From positions 34,717,570 through 34,781,569 of the forward strand of contig NC_069005.1 in the NCBI RefSeq assembly GCF_001194135.2: a DNA stretch of 64,000 nucleotides, read 5' to 3'. The notes under the pieces were generated by a model. That model was given only the letters and a program-made list of their open reading frames with translations. It ran no database searches and was not told the DNA's origin. Source of the DNA: Octopus bimaculoides (lineage: Eukaryota). Positions 63,344 to 64,000 of the stretch are shown piece by piece. A program made the translations under genes and the position numbers. Each line of letters begins with the position of its first letter. The first letter of the stretch is position 1.

Positions 63344-64000
63344 GTGAGTGTTTTGCAACCTTGTAGTTTTGTGTGCAAGGATCATGATGAAGCGTGCCCA
63401 CACACACACACACACCAACCCTGTTTCAACCAGTTCTATTACTGTCGTTTAATGTACGAGACATAATGAATCATCAACATCATCATCACCATTGTCATCG
63501 TAACCACCACCACCACCACCACCACCATTGTTATAACTGATAATTCAGTTATTGTAATTATTCATATTTTTATGGTTTTTCTGTTGTCACATTTAACATT
63601 ATTGCAACAGTCTGATCATTGAAACCACCGACCCCACCACCATCATGCCGCCGCCACCTCCACTATTATCATTGTCCGGTCGTTAGTCATCATCATCACC
63701 ATTGTCATCATTGTAGCAGAAATGAGGGTGAGAACTCATTGGTTCAGAAACACATCCAAACTTTGTTGTTGTTGTTGTAAATAGTAGCAACAGCAAAAAC
63801 AACAACAACAACAGTAATGGCCAGGAAAGTATTGAAATGAGAAAGAATGTCTGGTTTGGTCTGCGATTGTGAAGAGGCAGAAGAACAGAACTTGAAGAAT
63901 AGTAAAACAATGGAAGAGTAGCTGTGACATAATTTACTGAATAACACAATAATTCACTTTAAGCTATGGAAAGCTTGAAGTGCTATAAAGATGTGCATAG

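Overview
Eukaryotic, AT-rich, microsatellite- and SINE-dense genomic window with 8 N-gaps. The repeat families and repeat density suggest a coleoid cephalopod, most likely Octopus (inference). I reconstructed two complete intron-containing genes by hand from GT-AG sites and reading-frame phases; neither appears as a full ORF in the six-frame track. (1) SUPT4H1/Spt4 on the + strand: 4 coding exons, 8235-15662, 117 aa. (2) SPATA22, the meiotic MEIOB partner, on the - strand: 9 coding exons, 40609-16201, 385 aa. The genes converge, with only 538 nt between stop codons. The rest is introns and intergenic DNA holding tRNA-derived SINEs, RTE-clade LINE remnants, a hAT transposase remnant, TTAA-flanked MITEs and simple repeats. 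The most unusual observations are: a ~93-bp tandem duplication at the SPATA22 3' end that creates an in-frame 33-nt candidate mini-exon, followed by a possible SINE-derived last exon; a perfect 33-bp-stem hairpin in SUPT4 intron 3; and inverted RTE tails flanking SUPT4 exon 2. Low-confidence orphan exons occur near both ends of the window. I found no prokaryotic-type system and no clearly novel multi-gene system.
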